DNA from: Eutreptiella sp. 'Long Island Sound 2002'
Taxonomy: Eukaryota; Protista; Euglenida
Direction of reading: 5' to 3'
Length of the DNA stretch: 64,000 bases
Assembly: GCA_964036045.1 (NCBI GenBank)
Contig: OZ038378.1
Location: 12,586,001-12,650,000 of the forward strand
Part shown: positions 41,473 through 52,165 of the stretch, piece after piece
How the letters are laid out: every line of letters starts with the position of its first letter
How positions within the stretch are numbered: position 1 is the first letter of the stretch
Notes under the pieces: model-generated
What the model was told of the DNA's origin: nothing
The model's input: the letters and a program-made list of their open reading frames with translations, nothing else
The model's database searches: none
Program-made: the position numbers and the translations under genes

Positions 41473-42219
41473 TCATTCAAGATTCCCGAAATCCACATAT
41501 GCGATGTCAAACCCCATGTTTGCATACATGAGAAGAAGCCTTTTCATATTTTGTGGTGTTTTCCGTTTATGTGCCCAAAGTTTATCGGATTGATATAAAA
41601 TCATTGAGAGGAAGGGAAATTGCTTTATCCTATCTACGGATATTATGGGTTCTCTGCAATCATGTATGACCCGTTTACGCATGGTGTCTTCGTCTCTGTA
41701 GAACCTTGTGAGTTCAGAAAAAAATACATCATTCCTGAATACAGACGACAGGCTGTAAATCCACATTCCATTTGTGTCAAGTATCATAAAAAGCTTAATA
41801 TTGTGCTTTTTGTAGTCTATGATTGCTTGATACAGGTCAGAGCCAGAAGGGGGGCTCAAATTCTGCGTTCCTGTAGCAGGATGGGTATGGAAATGACCAA
41901 CAAGTGATGTATGCCCTTTGATATCAGGTTTCATATTGCAAAAAGGTTTCACACTTCCTGTATCTCCGATCCAAATGTCGGAGACCCGAATGGTACGATC
42001 TCCACACCCGACAAGCAACCCTGCGACCTCCTGGCAAGATTGCTCAGATAGACAACAAAGAGAATGATTGTGTTTTATCACCAGCATCAGCATGTCTCTG
42101 ACATCACAGTCAACAACCCTTTTTGTTGTACTGGAGCAGTATTGCATGGTATGGGAAGTGACATTTATACCACTCTCACTGCTACCCAGTAGATTAGAAA
42201 GGTTTATCATAATGCACAT
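41473..42219 (-). CDS. JAB/MPN (JAMM) metalloprotease-like protein
   Basis: EVAGLL...GHFHTHP...PPSGSDL. Confidence 0.8.
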   Translation of the reverse strand: MCIMINLSNLLGSSESGINVTSHTMQYCSSTTKRVVDCDVRDMLMLVIKHNHSLCCLSEQSCQEVAGLLVGCGDRTIRVSDIWIGDTGSVKPFCNMKPDIKGHTSLVGHFHTHPATGTQNLSPPSGSDLYQAIIDYKKHNIKLFMILDTNGMWIYSLSSVFRNDVFFSELTRFYRDEDTMRKRVIHDCREPIISVDRIKQFPFLSMILYQSDKLWAHKRKTPQNMKRLLLMYANMGFDIAYVDFGNLE

Positions 42220-42237
42220 TTCCTATAAATACGGTGG

Positions 42238-43124
42238 TTAGAATGTCTCATCTAATTCTGCTCCTGTCTGCGTCTGGATCTGCGGCGAGTTTGGATAACT
42301 GACTCTATGTTGCTTGTTTGGGACATCATCCTCTTGTGCGTCCATTTGCCTTTTGTTTGACTCGGGGTTTAACGCCACGTCAGGGAAAACTACGCTGTAT
42401 CGTGTGTATCCCTGTGTCTCTGGTGGGTACACGATACATTCGCGAACACGTAATTGTAGGGACTTGACGGTTTTTGAAACAAACAATTCCTCCATCTCAA
42501 TGCATGGTTCAATTGTGAAGCCACGATTCCAGGCAACCACCTCATCAAAACTGATAATTGAGCTGTCTGGTTTGAAAAACACAGTGTGGTACACCGTTGG
42601 TGTTGAAGTGGACGACTGAGAAAAATACTACCATGTAGCATGTCAGCCGCCATTTGTACCTCCTGTTGTGTCATCTCGCCACTGCGTCCAAGATTCAGTG
42701 TGCGACGGATATTTTGGTTACCCACTACCAATTTCCGTATAAAATCAGCAACGGCATCCACCTGTGTGCACAGTTTATTGTCCTCCTCGCTTTTTTCGGG
42801 CTTTCTGGCATCGAAGAGCGCGAACGGAAGCGACATATTCTGCTGTTGTTGTCTGTCCTGCTCATTCGATTGATATTGCTTGACACCAGGACAAAAGACC
42901 GGTGGAAATCTCAGCAAAAGTCTCTTGAGACCTTTCGCCTCCTTCGCAATATTTTCAGCACCAGCTACCATCTCAACAGCTGCAGTTCCACACTGTTTCT
43001 CCGTACAGCGGATCGGAACACGGTGATATATACTGCCTGTGCGTTGTAATTCCATTGCGACAGGCAGACACACAACAATGTTGTCATCGGCCTTGATTTG
43101 CATCACATCTCGCAGAGGATACAT
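42238..43124 (-). pseudogene. DUF2738-like viral ssDNA-binding protein, frameshifted near 42620
   Basis: LLLRFPPVFCPGV...SLPFALF in 42390-43124; IEMEELFV..SLQLRVRECIV in 42238-42594. Confidence 0.55.
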
Positions 43125-43196
43125 GATATCTGAGCCACAGAAAAGCGGTTTCCCTCATCAGAAAATGTCGTACTTTAAGGCTGATTTGTGCACTAA

Positions 43197-43658
43197 ATGT
43201 TATCAAAAAATTGCATGGATTGCCATACTGTCATTGACCAATCACATTTTGGGGGGTCCTTCAAGACTGGCCTGTATCAATTCACAGAGAGCGAGATATG
43301 TGACTGCATGGAGACAATCAATGTTGAACAGCGAGACAATTCGGATGTCAAATCGCATGACAATTTTGACAGCTTTTGCAATACCATAAAGGACTGGGGG
43401 TCCGCATACCCTTACCCTGTACATCTCAGAGATTTAATGTTTGCCTTGTGCTATATGCTGATAAAAAACGATGACCAAAAGTTTGTGATTGTCATTAAAA
43501 ACAAAATCGCCCCGTTTGATCCTATGCATATTTATAGAGTTTGCATTCAAAAGGCGATGAGTACATCCAATCTAGACCCACAATACGCAAGAATTACATG
43601 TTCAACGCTTTTACTAATCCGTGATACCATACTCGAGGAGTGCCGTCAATTGAGGTGA
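43197..43658 (+). CDS. hypothetical protein
   Basis: 153-aa ORF. Confidence 0.5.
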   Translation: MLSKNCMDCHTVIDQSHFGGSFKTGLYQFTESEICDCMETINVEQRDNSDVKSHDNFDSFCNTIKDWGSAYPYPVHLRDLMFALCYMLIKNDDQKFVIVIKNKIAPFDPMHIYRVCIQKAMSTSNLDPQYARITCSTLLLIRDTILEECRQLR

Positions 43659-43924
43659 CGAATGAATTCAGTCTTCATAAATTCCAAATCGTACAAAATG
43701 CTTTCAATTGTGCGCCGTATAATTCTGATTGGATCAACGTTGCTTTTGTATTGTGTCGTGAAAATTAGGCCCTGCTTTTTTTCGTCACTGCAATAACCAA
43801 CAAAAAATCTTTCCTCGCATTTACTTAGTCGGTCGCGTAGCAGATTGCCGACTGTATGATTCTCGTTGAATATTTCCAAACACATCGTGTTGTCAGTATT
43901 TATGGTATACTGAATTTTGCTCAT
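43646..43924 (-). CDS. RPB11: RNA polymerase subunit RPB11/RpoL-like
   Basis: NENHTVGNLLR...FVGY. Confidence 0.8.
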   Translation of the reverse strand: MSKIQYTINTDNTMCLEIFNENHTVGNLLRDRLSKCEERFFVGYCSDEKKQGLIFTTQYKSNVDPIRIIRRTIESILYDLEFMKTEFIRHLN

Positions 43925-45420
43925 AGTACAGGGAATCCAACGGAACCAGAAGAATACCTGAGAATGGAGATTGATGAAGCAGTGATAATTATATCAAACT
44001 TGGCCGGTATGGTGTGATATTGGCTATCGTATACCTCAACATCAGTTTTTGCTGGTGCCGCCTGATTTTTTGCAACCTCACTTGCCTCAATATTCAGATT
44101 GACGCTTGCAAGACGAGCAAAGTTTGTTGATCCATCAGGCTGGACACTGTCAAGGCGATTCGCATATGAAATCATATGGTAACCTGTGTCTTCTGGTATG
44201 CGAACAGCGGAGTACCAGGGTGCAACCATTGTGAAGTAGTCCGAAGACATGTTCACACGGTCCACGTTTTCGTATGTCAATATGGCACGCGCTATCAGAC
44301 TTGCAATGCCAACTGGATTGAAAGTTCTTTGATGATTAGTACCGTTAGTACCAACTCCCCTTGTTGTGTGTGTGGAGTAGTTAGACCATTCACTGCGAAT
44401 TGTTGTATTACGCATTGCGAAAAATATTGCGCGAATGGAATGGGCAAATCGTAGATCAATCCCTCTTCTGTCCTGGGTGGTTGGGTTGAAACTTGTGGGT
44501 GGTATGGTTTGAACCTGTGTTATAACAGTGTCGATTTCGTTTTCCTCTCCAGTTTTTTCGCGGTCACCATTGGGTATCACAGCGTAGTGTGCCCAGACCT
44601 GTGGATTTTTGAGACTGAGGGGACCGGATGAAAGATCCAGTGCAGTATGCTGTTGTCCTTGCTGACTTATTTCTGCAGGTGTCACTGTAGCAGGTTGGCC
44701 ATCGGGTATTTGGGTATTGACTTTGTCAATTATTAGCAAATCCTCCCATTGTCTAAACTTTATTGTTAATCTGACATCATTGAAAGGACATGCTGCCTGG
44801 ATGATTGCGTCTGATGGCTCATGTGTGAAATAGAAGGGGAGGGGTATATTTAGGACTGTTCTTGGAAGTACCAATGACCGACCACTAGGCACACCATCAT
44901 CTGCATCAGGAGCAAGCAGTGCACCTGTTTCATGATACTCATAGTATGGGTTCACCAGCTTTGGTATGTTTCCAATCATGTTTTCGTATCCGTTTACCTT
45001 ACCAGCTGGTGTCATGAAAGCAGCTAAAAAGTCCATGTGGTATGAGGTCAATTTGTTTACCATCAAATCGTTGAAATGCAAGTAGGCTTCCTCTATCAAA
45101 TTATGGCCAATATTTCGTGTCCACCGTGCTTGGAAGCCCGGTTTGCATTTGACTTCGGGCAATTCAACTCGCAACCAGACATCTCTGATGTAGTCACCTG
45201 CACGCGAAAACATTGCTTGCATTTCAATTCCGAAATCCCCTGTTGTGCCACATCTGTTCAATTGTGCAGCAATCACAGTGAACCAGGCTGACTTTCTGAT
45301 GACCTTTCTGAATTTATTCACTGATTTACCACCATACAACCAACACTCAATTTCGTCATATGTGCTCAAATCTATGAATGCTGTGGTGAGGGATACTGTT
45401 GCCGTTGATCCGATGGTCTT
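43921..45420 (-). CDS. MCP: NCLDV double jelly-roll major capsid protein, iridovirus-like (expected start codon reads AAG)
   Basis: AFIDLSTYDEIE..YGG, KSAWFT, SRAGDY, RWTRNIGHNL, MIGN, PLPFYF, DLRFAHS, TGYHMISY, GSTNFARL, GSVGFPVL. Confidence 0.96.
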   Translation of the reverse strand, partial: KTIGSTATVSLTTAFIDLSTYDEIECWLYGGKSVNKFRKVIRKSAWFTVIAAQLNRCGTTGDFGIEMQAMFSRAGDYIRDVWLRVELPEVKCKPGFQARWTRNIGHNLIEEAYLHFNDLMVNKLTSYHMDFLAAFMTPAGKVNGYENMIGNIPKLVNPYYEYHETGALLAPDADDGVPSGRSLVLPRTVLNIPLPFYFTHEPSDAIIQAACPFNDVRLTIKFRQWEDLLIIDKVNTQIPDGQPATVTPAEISQQGQQHTALDLSSGPLSLKNPQVWAHYAVIPNGDREKTGEENEIDTVITQVQTIPPTSFNPTTQDRRGIDLRFAHSIRAIFFAMRNTTIRSEWSNYSTHTTRGVGTNGTNHQRTFNPVGIASLIARAILTYENVDRVNMSSDYFTMVAPWYSAVRIPEDTGYHMISYANRLDSVQPDGSTNFARLASVNLNIEASEVAKNQAAPAKTDVEVYDSQYHTIPAKFDIIITASSISILRYSSGSVGFPVL

Positions 45421-45426
45421 TTTTTT

Positions 45427-45437
45427 ATATATATATA
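45427..45437. promoter_or_regulatory. TATATA run between divergent MCP and A32 genes
   Basis: atatatatata; a similar run precedes the ORF at 54815. Confidence 0.35.
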
Positions 45438-45500
45438 CGAATGAGTCGGGTGTTATGTTTTTTTTTTTTCATAAGGGGTTTTCGTTGTGTAAAAAAAAAA

Positions 45501-45834
45501 ATGACGGACACCTGCAATCACAAAGTGGCTTTGGACATGATGCCAAAATCTATGTCAAGACAAAAAACAGGAAAGAGGTCCGAAGAACCATCCCCCAAGC
45601 AACCCGTGCCACTACAGATGCCGAATTCCCATGGTATACAGGCATTGGATATGAATGTACTCAGAGGTTCAAATAGGGTTGGAATCATCGGACTTCCGGG
45701 TATGGGAAAAAGCAGCCCATGCAGGACGCTGTTACGGCATTTGTATTCTTCCTTTCCAGTGGTTTGTGTGTGCTCAGGTTCTGAATCCGAAAATCCATTT
45801 TACAGCAAATTTGTCCCAAGGTTATACATCCATA
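45501..45834 (+). pseudogene. A32: A32-type genome packaging ATPase, 5' segment
   Basis: IIGLPGMGKS (Walker A), SGSESENPFY...PRLYIH ending at the duplicated site. Confidence 0.85.
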
Positions 45835-45926
45835 GTGGACACCCTGCCACAGACACATTCGGTACGATTGATCCTTTTGATTTTTTTTTTTGTGTGTGTC
45901 AGATTGCACTTATAAATACAGAAAAA

Positions 45927-48011
45927 ATGTCCAGTATTTTATTTGTTCAATCGTCGGATTTAGGGAGTGGATGCAATCCATGCCGAAATATAAAAATGGA
46001 TTGGCGTGGAGTTGTAACCCTTCATATGCGACACAAGAACATGAACATCAACGTCGACATTGTTTGTAAAAAATTGTTCCAACAGGCGATTGACCTTCCT
46101 GTGCTGCAAAAGAAGAAGTCAGGACTTAGTGGTCAGTATGACAGAATCATTTTACATAAGTGCCAGGATGCCACAATGGAGAAACTGCTCTGGCTTCTGA
46201 CTCCGGATGCTCCTGTAGTGATTATGATTGGGAAGAGAGATGTGACCATACCCGAGAATATGGCCTCACATTATCTCGATGGTTACAATTACATCTTTCC
46301 AAAGGAATATTCGAGTCATTGCGCAGTTACCTCTGAACTCAGCAAAATTGCAATTGGGCTGTTAAGGGAGGATGAGGAAGAAGGATCTAAATCCAGCCCA
46401 AAAACAAATCAATTGCGGAATCGGGACACACATTCCTTCCTTTCATGGGTGCATGATAGCAGCACAAAAGATCAATAATTGCACAATCAAGAACAGGAAC
46501 AATTGACAAATACAATTATATCCAATCTGGCGACGGAGCCAAACAGGCGGTCAGGCAGTGAAGAAGGGGCTGAATCAGGTGGATCTGATTCAATTCACCT
46601 CGATGCAGTACCTGATTTTGTATCAAAAAATGGTGACATCAATGAAAAAACTCATAATATTTCATCTATCGGCTCTTCATCGAAGAGGTATGCAGGCTTG
46701 CGAGACATACTGGAAACATCCAGAAAAGTTAGCGCAGCATCGGGTAGCCGAAGTATTCAGCAAAACATTCGAGACAAATCGGCTTCACAACAAAATATCC
46801 CGAAGGGGCGGTCAGGGAGTGAAGAAGGGGCTAAATCAGGCGGATCTGATTCAATCCACCTCAATCAATCCGATGCAGTATCTGATTTTGCATCAAAAAA
46901 TGTTGACAGCTCATCTCAGATGTATAGAGAATTGAGTATCGCCAACAGCTCGTCGCCGGCTTCACAACAAAATATTCAGAATGAGCCAAACGGGCGGTCA
47001 GGCGGAGAAGAAGGGACTGAATCAGGTGGATCTGATTCAATCCACCTCGATCAATCCAATGCATCCGTTCCATCTATGGGCAATTTATCTCAGAGGTTAG
47101 GGGCCAACATGCCGGAAACATCGAGAACAGTTAGCGCAGCATCGGGTAGCGGAAATATTCAGCAAAACACATTGAGAAAAATTAACGTCTCCAACAGCTC
47201 GTCGCCGGCTTCACAACAAAATATCCGGAATGAGCCAAACGGGCGGTCAGGCAGTGACAACCCCGAGCAGGCTGGATCTGATTCAATCCACCTCAATGGA
47301 TTTGCATTAGAAAATCGTGACAACAATGGAACCCTTATATCCATGAACAATTCATCTCAGAGGCATATGGGCTCGGCCGACATGCTGAATGCAGTATTGA
47401 ATAGCGGCAATATGCAGCAAAACAGATTGAGACAAATTGCCACTTCACAACAAAATATCCAGAATGAGCCAAACGGCAGTGAAGCCGACCCGAATTCTTC
47501 GAACCACCCCAATCGATTCATGGATTTCGCATTGGAAGACATCAATGAAAAATTTCGAGACCCCCTTCCATTTATCGGCAATTCATTCGACGACGTATCC
47601 AGGAAGCTTAGCGCAGCATCGGGTGGCGCGAAAAATTCACCTATGTTCATCGGCAAAAGACCGTCATCAGAGCTGAACGGGTGGCCATCAGACCGTATAT
47701 ACCCAGACCATCAATTAATTAATGTCGTCTCCAGGGGGGGGCATGAATCAAGTCAATCAAACGCAGTATTTCGAGGAAATGGCGACAACGATGGAGGAAT
47801 CGAATACGATCCTCCTTTAAAGCGATCCAGGACAGATTCTCCAATTTCTATGCAAGGAACCACAACTCCCATTCAAAGCCAAACGGACGGCTCTTCACAA
47901 CATTGGAACAGAATGGAACCAACCGCGGCATCGTCTGACGTAGAGGAGCGGGTGGATTTATTAGCACGTAATTACATTACAGATTACAGAAATAACAAAT
48001 CATATTTTTAA
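45927..48011 (+). pseudogene. cargo protein: degenerate helicase-like N-terminus plus Ser/Asn/Gln-rich repeats; in-frame TAA at 46476-46478
   Basis: YDRIILHKCQD...IMIG; SQQNI..EPNGRSG..GSDSIHL repeated 4-5 times. Confidence 0.5.
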
Positions 48012-48133
48012 GTGGCCACGGCAATGAGGATCACCATACCCAGAAGGCCATGAGTTGGACTTACAATTGCCAATCTCAGGGGACAAAGTACGTTCAGCCA
48101 CAATACAAACAAAAGAGACATACATTCACTATG

Positions 48134-48235
48134 CTATGAGGAAATCTCTGAGTCTTCGAAGGGGTAAGGCCTCTGTATGATCTTAGAAACCAATTGCCAT
48201 TGCTCTTCGTCCTTTTTAAATCTCTGTTCAGGCAC
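48134..48235 (-). pseudogene. relic 3' end of a second type A recombinase
   Basis: Translates KKDEEQWQLVSKIIQRPYPFEDSEISS*, versus KKDDAVKEQWRSVFKLIQKPYPFEDSEMSS in the adjacent gene. Confidence 0.8.
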
Positions 48236-48253
48236 AATACACACAAACATTTA

Positions 48254-49894
48254 CTATGCTCGCAATGAGGACATCTCTGAGTCTTCGAAGGGGTAAGGCT
48301 TTTGTATGAGCTTAAAAACTGATCGCCATTGCTCTTTGACAGCGTCGTCCTTTTTTGGATCTCCGCTCAGCACCCCGTATATAGCATCATTAAGTGTATC
48401 TGCACTGATCTTGCCATAAATTCCACTTGTTATGGCCTGACTGGAATGACCAATCCACTTTGAAATGGTCTCAAAACTAAGACCACCACCGAGATAGAGC
48501 ATCTGAACAACCGTGTGCCGAAAGGCATGCGGATGTGCCCTGAATCCAGAGGCATGTATTCCACAGCGATCAAAGATGCTGGCACAGACCCGGTATATCG
48601 TCTTAGTTGACACATGGCCATCCCTGTCACCGGGGAAAAGAAAGTATGATTTATAATGCTTTTGTTGGTTGATATACCTGGAGATCAGAATACGCAATGC
48701 ATCGTTCACGTAGACCGTTCTTTTTTTGCCGTTCTTTTCGGTAGTAAAAAGCTTCATGGGAATGCGATTGGGTACCACAGGTCCGTCAATGATTTGTCCA
48801 AATGAGAGCCTCGAAATCCCTCCTATACGCAACCCTGTTATCAAGAAAGTGATTACAACAACCCTTTCGATTGCCGAAATGGATGCTGCAATTAGTAATT
48901 TGACCTGATCACTGCTGAACGCTGTCACTGAGCTCTCTGCGTCGGCCTCCCACGCCGTACACATCTTTTGTCGTAGACATTGCATTCTTGTTTGCAATTC
49001 CTCTCTCTCCTGGTATGCTGCATCGTCGCCTGAACGCATGGACGACGATGCAGAACTTATATAGTCATCAACACTGCAATGAGATGTGGAGCGATGGCGG
49101 CCTGGTAGCGGAAATCGGGCCCTTCTTGTCGGTCCCAGATTACTGTACTGCATGCTGACATATCGAACTTGAAGCCTGAAATATGCCAGTGAAATTTTTC
49201 GGGAGTTCTGATCAAACATGGACTCCAACCTGTCCATCCAATCGGTCGCACTCAGCTTTGCTAGATGGGCCAGACACTCCCTTGTTCCTTGTTGTAGCAT
49301 CTCAATCCGTAGTAGTGGCTCTTTATCAAAAAGCAGATGGTATATGAAACCCAGCATTTGTCTGCAATGTGAAACCGACACTGAGGACATTTTGGGGATG
49401 AGATGCCTACCAATGTGTGACAATAGACGGTACTCTACCCGATCAGGTGCTTGTCTGATTCTCAGGGGCAGCACATCTTCCAGTTTAGCAACTCTCGACA
49501 CTGCTGACCGCTCACAGACCCATTGGTGTCTGCTGTGCCCTTTGCTCCGCCTCATGTTGGGGTTGATGATGCAGGCAATCTGAGGATTCAGCAATGTCAT
49601 AGCTCTGCAGATTGAGACCCTGACATGACACCTGTGCTTTGCGGACCAATTTGCCGACATTTTTGACCAAACCTCCTGTGCCTTGCTCAGCGAATTCCTG
49701 TCAATGGCCTGCTGGATATTTGACAGTTGGGGGTTGCTGTTTTTGTTGAAGCGTGTAGCAAAATGATATAGGTACGCCAATGAGCTCTCTGCTTTCGAGT
49801 TGGACACAGAATTGCGTATAGTGTTGCGAATTTTCCTGTAGTCTTCCAGAGTTTCATCTGTGATTTGGGACCAATTAACATGAAGCAGTCGCAT
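48254..49894 (-). CDS. large tyrosine recombinase, type A
   Basis: ITGLR, EKNG, HPHAFRH, WIGH, SGIYG. Confidence 0.9.
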   Translation of the reverse strand: MRLLHVNWSQITDETLEDYRKIRNTIRNSVSNSKAESSLAYLYHFATRFNKNSNPQLSNIQQAIDRNSLSKAQEVWSKMSANWSAKHRCHVRVSICRAMTLLNPQIACIINPNMRRSKGHSRHQWVCERSAVSRVAKLEDVLPLRIRQAPDRVEYRLLSHIGRHLIPKMSSVSVSHCRQMLGFIYHLLFDKEPLLRIEMLQQGTRECLAHLAKLSATDWMDRLESMFDQNSRKISLAYFRLQVRYVSMQYSNLGPTRRARFPLPGRHRSTSHCSVDDYISSASSSMRSGDDAAYQEREELQTRMQCLRQKMCTAWEADAESSVTAFSSDQVKLLIAASISAIERVVVITFLITGLRIGGISRLSFGQIIDGPVVPNRIPMKLFTTEKNGKKRTVYVNDALRILISRYINQQKHYKSYFLFPGDRDGHVSTKTIYRVCASIFDRCGIHASGFRAHPHAFRHTVVQMLYLGGGLSFETISKWIGHSSQAITSGIYGKISADTLNDAIYGVLSGDPKKDDAVKEQWRSVFKLIQKPYPFEDSEMSSLRA

Positions 49895-49905
49895 GGCTCA
49901 TCTTC

Positions 49906-51816
49906 TTAGTCAAAAGGGAGTGCCGGCCACTTATCAGAACTATTGACACTTTGTGTCTCTGGCTGATGCTCTTGGTGATTGTTCTTCAGTTGAAGCCTCA
50001 GTTGTTGGTTCTCATCTCGCAGCCTTTGTATCTCCTGCTCTCTTGGGTCATCATTGACTGGGCCGAACAGCCTCATTGCGACATCTGGTGCATTAGTGAA
50101 ATAATGCGAATATGTTGTAGCTGGGCTTTTGTGGCCTAGGTACTTGGATATTGTTTCAAGTGGTATTCCCTGTTCAATGGATATATTTACAAGAAAAGCC
50201 CTGAACATGTGAATATGGATATTCTTTCTGGACGTTGGTAGGTTTGAGCGTCCGACAATTTTACTGAAATGCCACGCAGGGCAAATTGGTCTGCCGTTCC
50301 GGGTGAAAAGAGGGTCCATGGCATTCAAAACCCCATTCCGGTTTCGTATCTCTGTGACGTATTCGATCAGGTGTCTTTCGATTTCAGGTGAAATGGTAAC
50401 TACTCTGCGTTTCGACCATTTTTCGAGTAGATGGGCCGTTTTCCTTGGAAGGTTTGATGTACAATCCCACACTTCGCCCAGTAGAATGCATCTGAGGGCA
50501 TTTTTTCTGAGTCCCCAAAATTTGAGCATGCAGACCAGGAGCCGTTCCCGAGGATGTATACAAGCAGCCTCGATGAGTTCTACCTCAGCAATCGTCAGTG
50601 GATCCTTAGGCCTATGGGATACCACTGGTATGGCCGTAGAAAGTGCCGTAGCGTTGAGGAAAAATTGATGATTCAGTTCCTGCCAAACCTCAGCCATTGT
50701 CATTCTGGGAAATGGTGCTGTGGTGAACCATTCATGGTCAATCAAATAGTTGTACATGTTGACAACGTGCTGTCTTGTTGGCAATGAACGCTTGTTTTGG
50801 TCCGATGCATATTGCACTGCCTCCCTTGTTGTGGCATTGAGGACACCCAGTGTCACGGCCACGGCTCGCAGCACAGCGGCACGATGCAGTGTTCGGTCAA
50901 TCAGTTCATGCAAAGTGCAGTCACGTGCAGATGTCACTTTTTGCAAGATTGAGACAAACCACACAGCCCTAAGGCAGAAGGATCGTATACTACGTTTTTT
51001 GGCTATTGCGTCACCGAAATCCCTGTACTTCGATTTTACGAATCTGGTGACCAGCTCAACAATCAAGGACATGTCATTCAATGCCTCAATCTTCTGCACA
51101 CAACGTGCCACACAAATGTCCAAATGATACAATGGGGGGAAACAATCGAGAAATGTTTTTGGGACGTATTGTGTGTGTGTCACGAAACATCCCGTAGGAT
51201 CCATCATAGGGTGTGTCTTTATTTGCCGGATAAGGAACACAAGGGGTGCTCTGCCTGACTTTTTGACACGCGTACAGGACTCAACACCCTGCTGGACTTG
51301 TTGTATGTCCCATGCTTTCAGTGTTTCCAGGTCCTGGAAATTGTGATACGAGACAAAGTAGATCAGATTGAGTATTGTGGTTGCATCGAGGCGTAGTTTT
51401 GGAATTCTGATGAGCGTCTGTAGCAGCACGCGATGGCCCTGTGTGGTGGCGTGACTTGTTATTTTCTTTGAGGCATTTTCTACTGTGAGTCGGATGTTGT
51501 TGTCTTTCCATTTTTCGCGGCATGTGTTTCTCATATGCCTCCCTCTTGCAGAGGCAAACCTGTATCTCTTCCTACGATCCAGTCGCTCGCCGCGAGTTGT
51601 GAGTATGCAATGCAAAGTACGGTGATGTCTAGAAACGGTGTCATAATACTCGTAGATTTCATCAATCGGACTCGAAAGAAAGTCCCCTGCTGTATTGTAT
51701 GGTCCCTCGATTACAAATCTACGCAACTCTGTATAAATTCGGCCACCACAAACGGCGTTGTTGTATAGGAGTAACTGTAATAATTCCTCATGATCAACAG
51801 AAAGTGGACCAGCCAT
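49906..51816 (-). CDS. large tyrosine recombinase, type B
   Basis: WGLR, EKWS, HIHMFR, YLGH, TYSHY. Confidence 0.9.
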   Translation of the reverse strand: MAGPLSVDHEELLQLLLYNNAVCGGRIYTELRRFVIEGPYNTAGDFLSSPIDEIYEYYDTVSRHHRTLHCILTTRGERLDRRKRYRFASARGRHMRNTCREKWKDNNIRLTVENASKKITSHATTQGHRVLLQTLIRIPKLRLDATTILNLIYFVSYHNFQDLETLKAWDIQQVQQGVESCTRVKKSGRAPLVFLIRQIKTHPMMDPTGCFVTHTQYVPKTFLDCFPPLYHLDICVARCVQKIEALNDMSLIVELVTRFVKSKYRDFGDAIAKKRSIRSFCLRAVWFVSILQKVTSARDCTLHELIDRTLHRAAVLRAVAVTLGVLNATTREAVQYASDQNKRSLPTRQHVVNMYNYLIDHEWFTTAPFPRMTMAEVWQELNHQFFLNATALSTAIPVVSHRPKDPLTIAEVELIEAACIHPRERLLVCMLKFWGLRKNALRCILLGEVWDCTSNLPRKTAHLLEKWSKRRVVTISPEIERHLIEYVTEIRNRNGVLNAMDPLFTRNGRPICPAWHFSKIVGRSNLPTSRKNIHIHMFRAFLVNISIEQGIPLETISKYLGHKSPATTYSHYFTNAPDVAMRLFGPVNDDPREQEIQRLRDENQQLRLQLKNNHQEHQPETQSVNSSDKWPALPFD

Positions 51817-52165
51817 GTTTGTTTCGCGTATTACGGAGAATAGCCATCTACAACATCCATATCTGTTATTGGATGGTCGTTATTTGCATCATTGGGTTTT
51901 GCAGTGGTTTCCAGAAATACCAAATCACTGTTGTTGTTGACCTCAATCTTGCGCTTCTTTTTGTTCGTCTCCATCTGCATATGCAAAGCGCAGACAGTGT
52001 ATGCAGAGAGCATTTGTATATGACACACATGCACCGGGCGAATACCTCTGCAAGCTCCGATGTGAAGTCGAAAAAGTAGGTGACATTTTGCATGATCTGT
52101 GAAGTATACATGTATACATAAGGGTCTCTCAGCCGCGACCATGCAAAAGGAGATATTTCCATTTA

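Noticed and set aside
45399-46478. Track ORF of 359 aa as one gene
   Set aside because: Chimera of the A32 5' segment, the element's left TIR and a cargo gene. ORFs 4700-5644, 25927-26190, 17492-17854 and 57308-57874 are similar junction chimeras.
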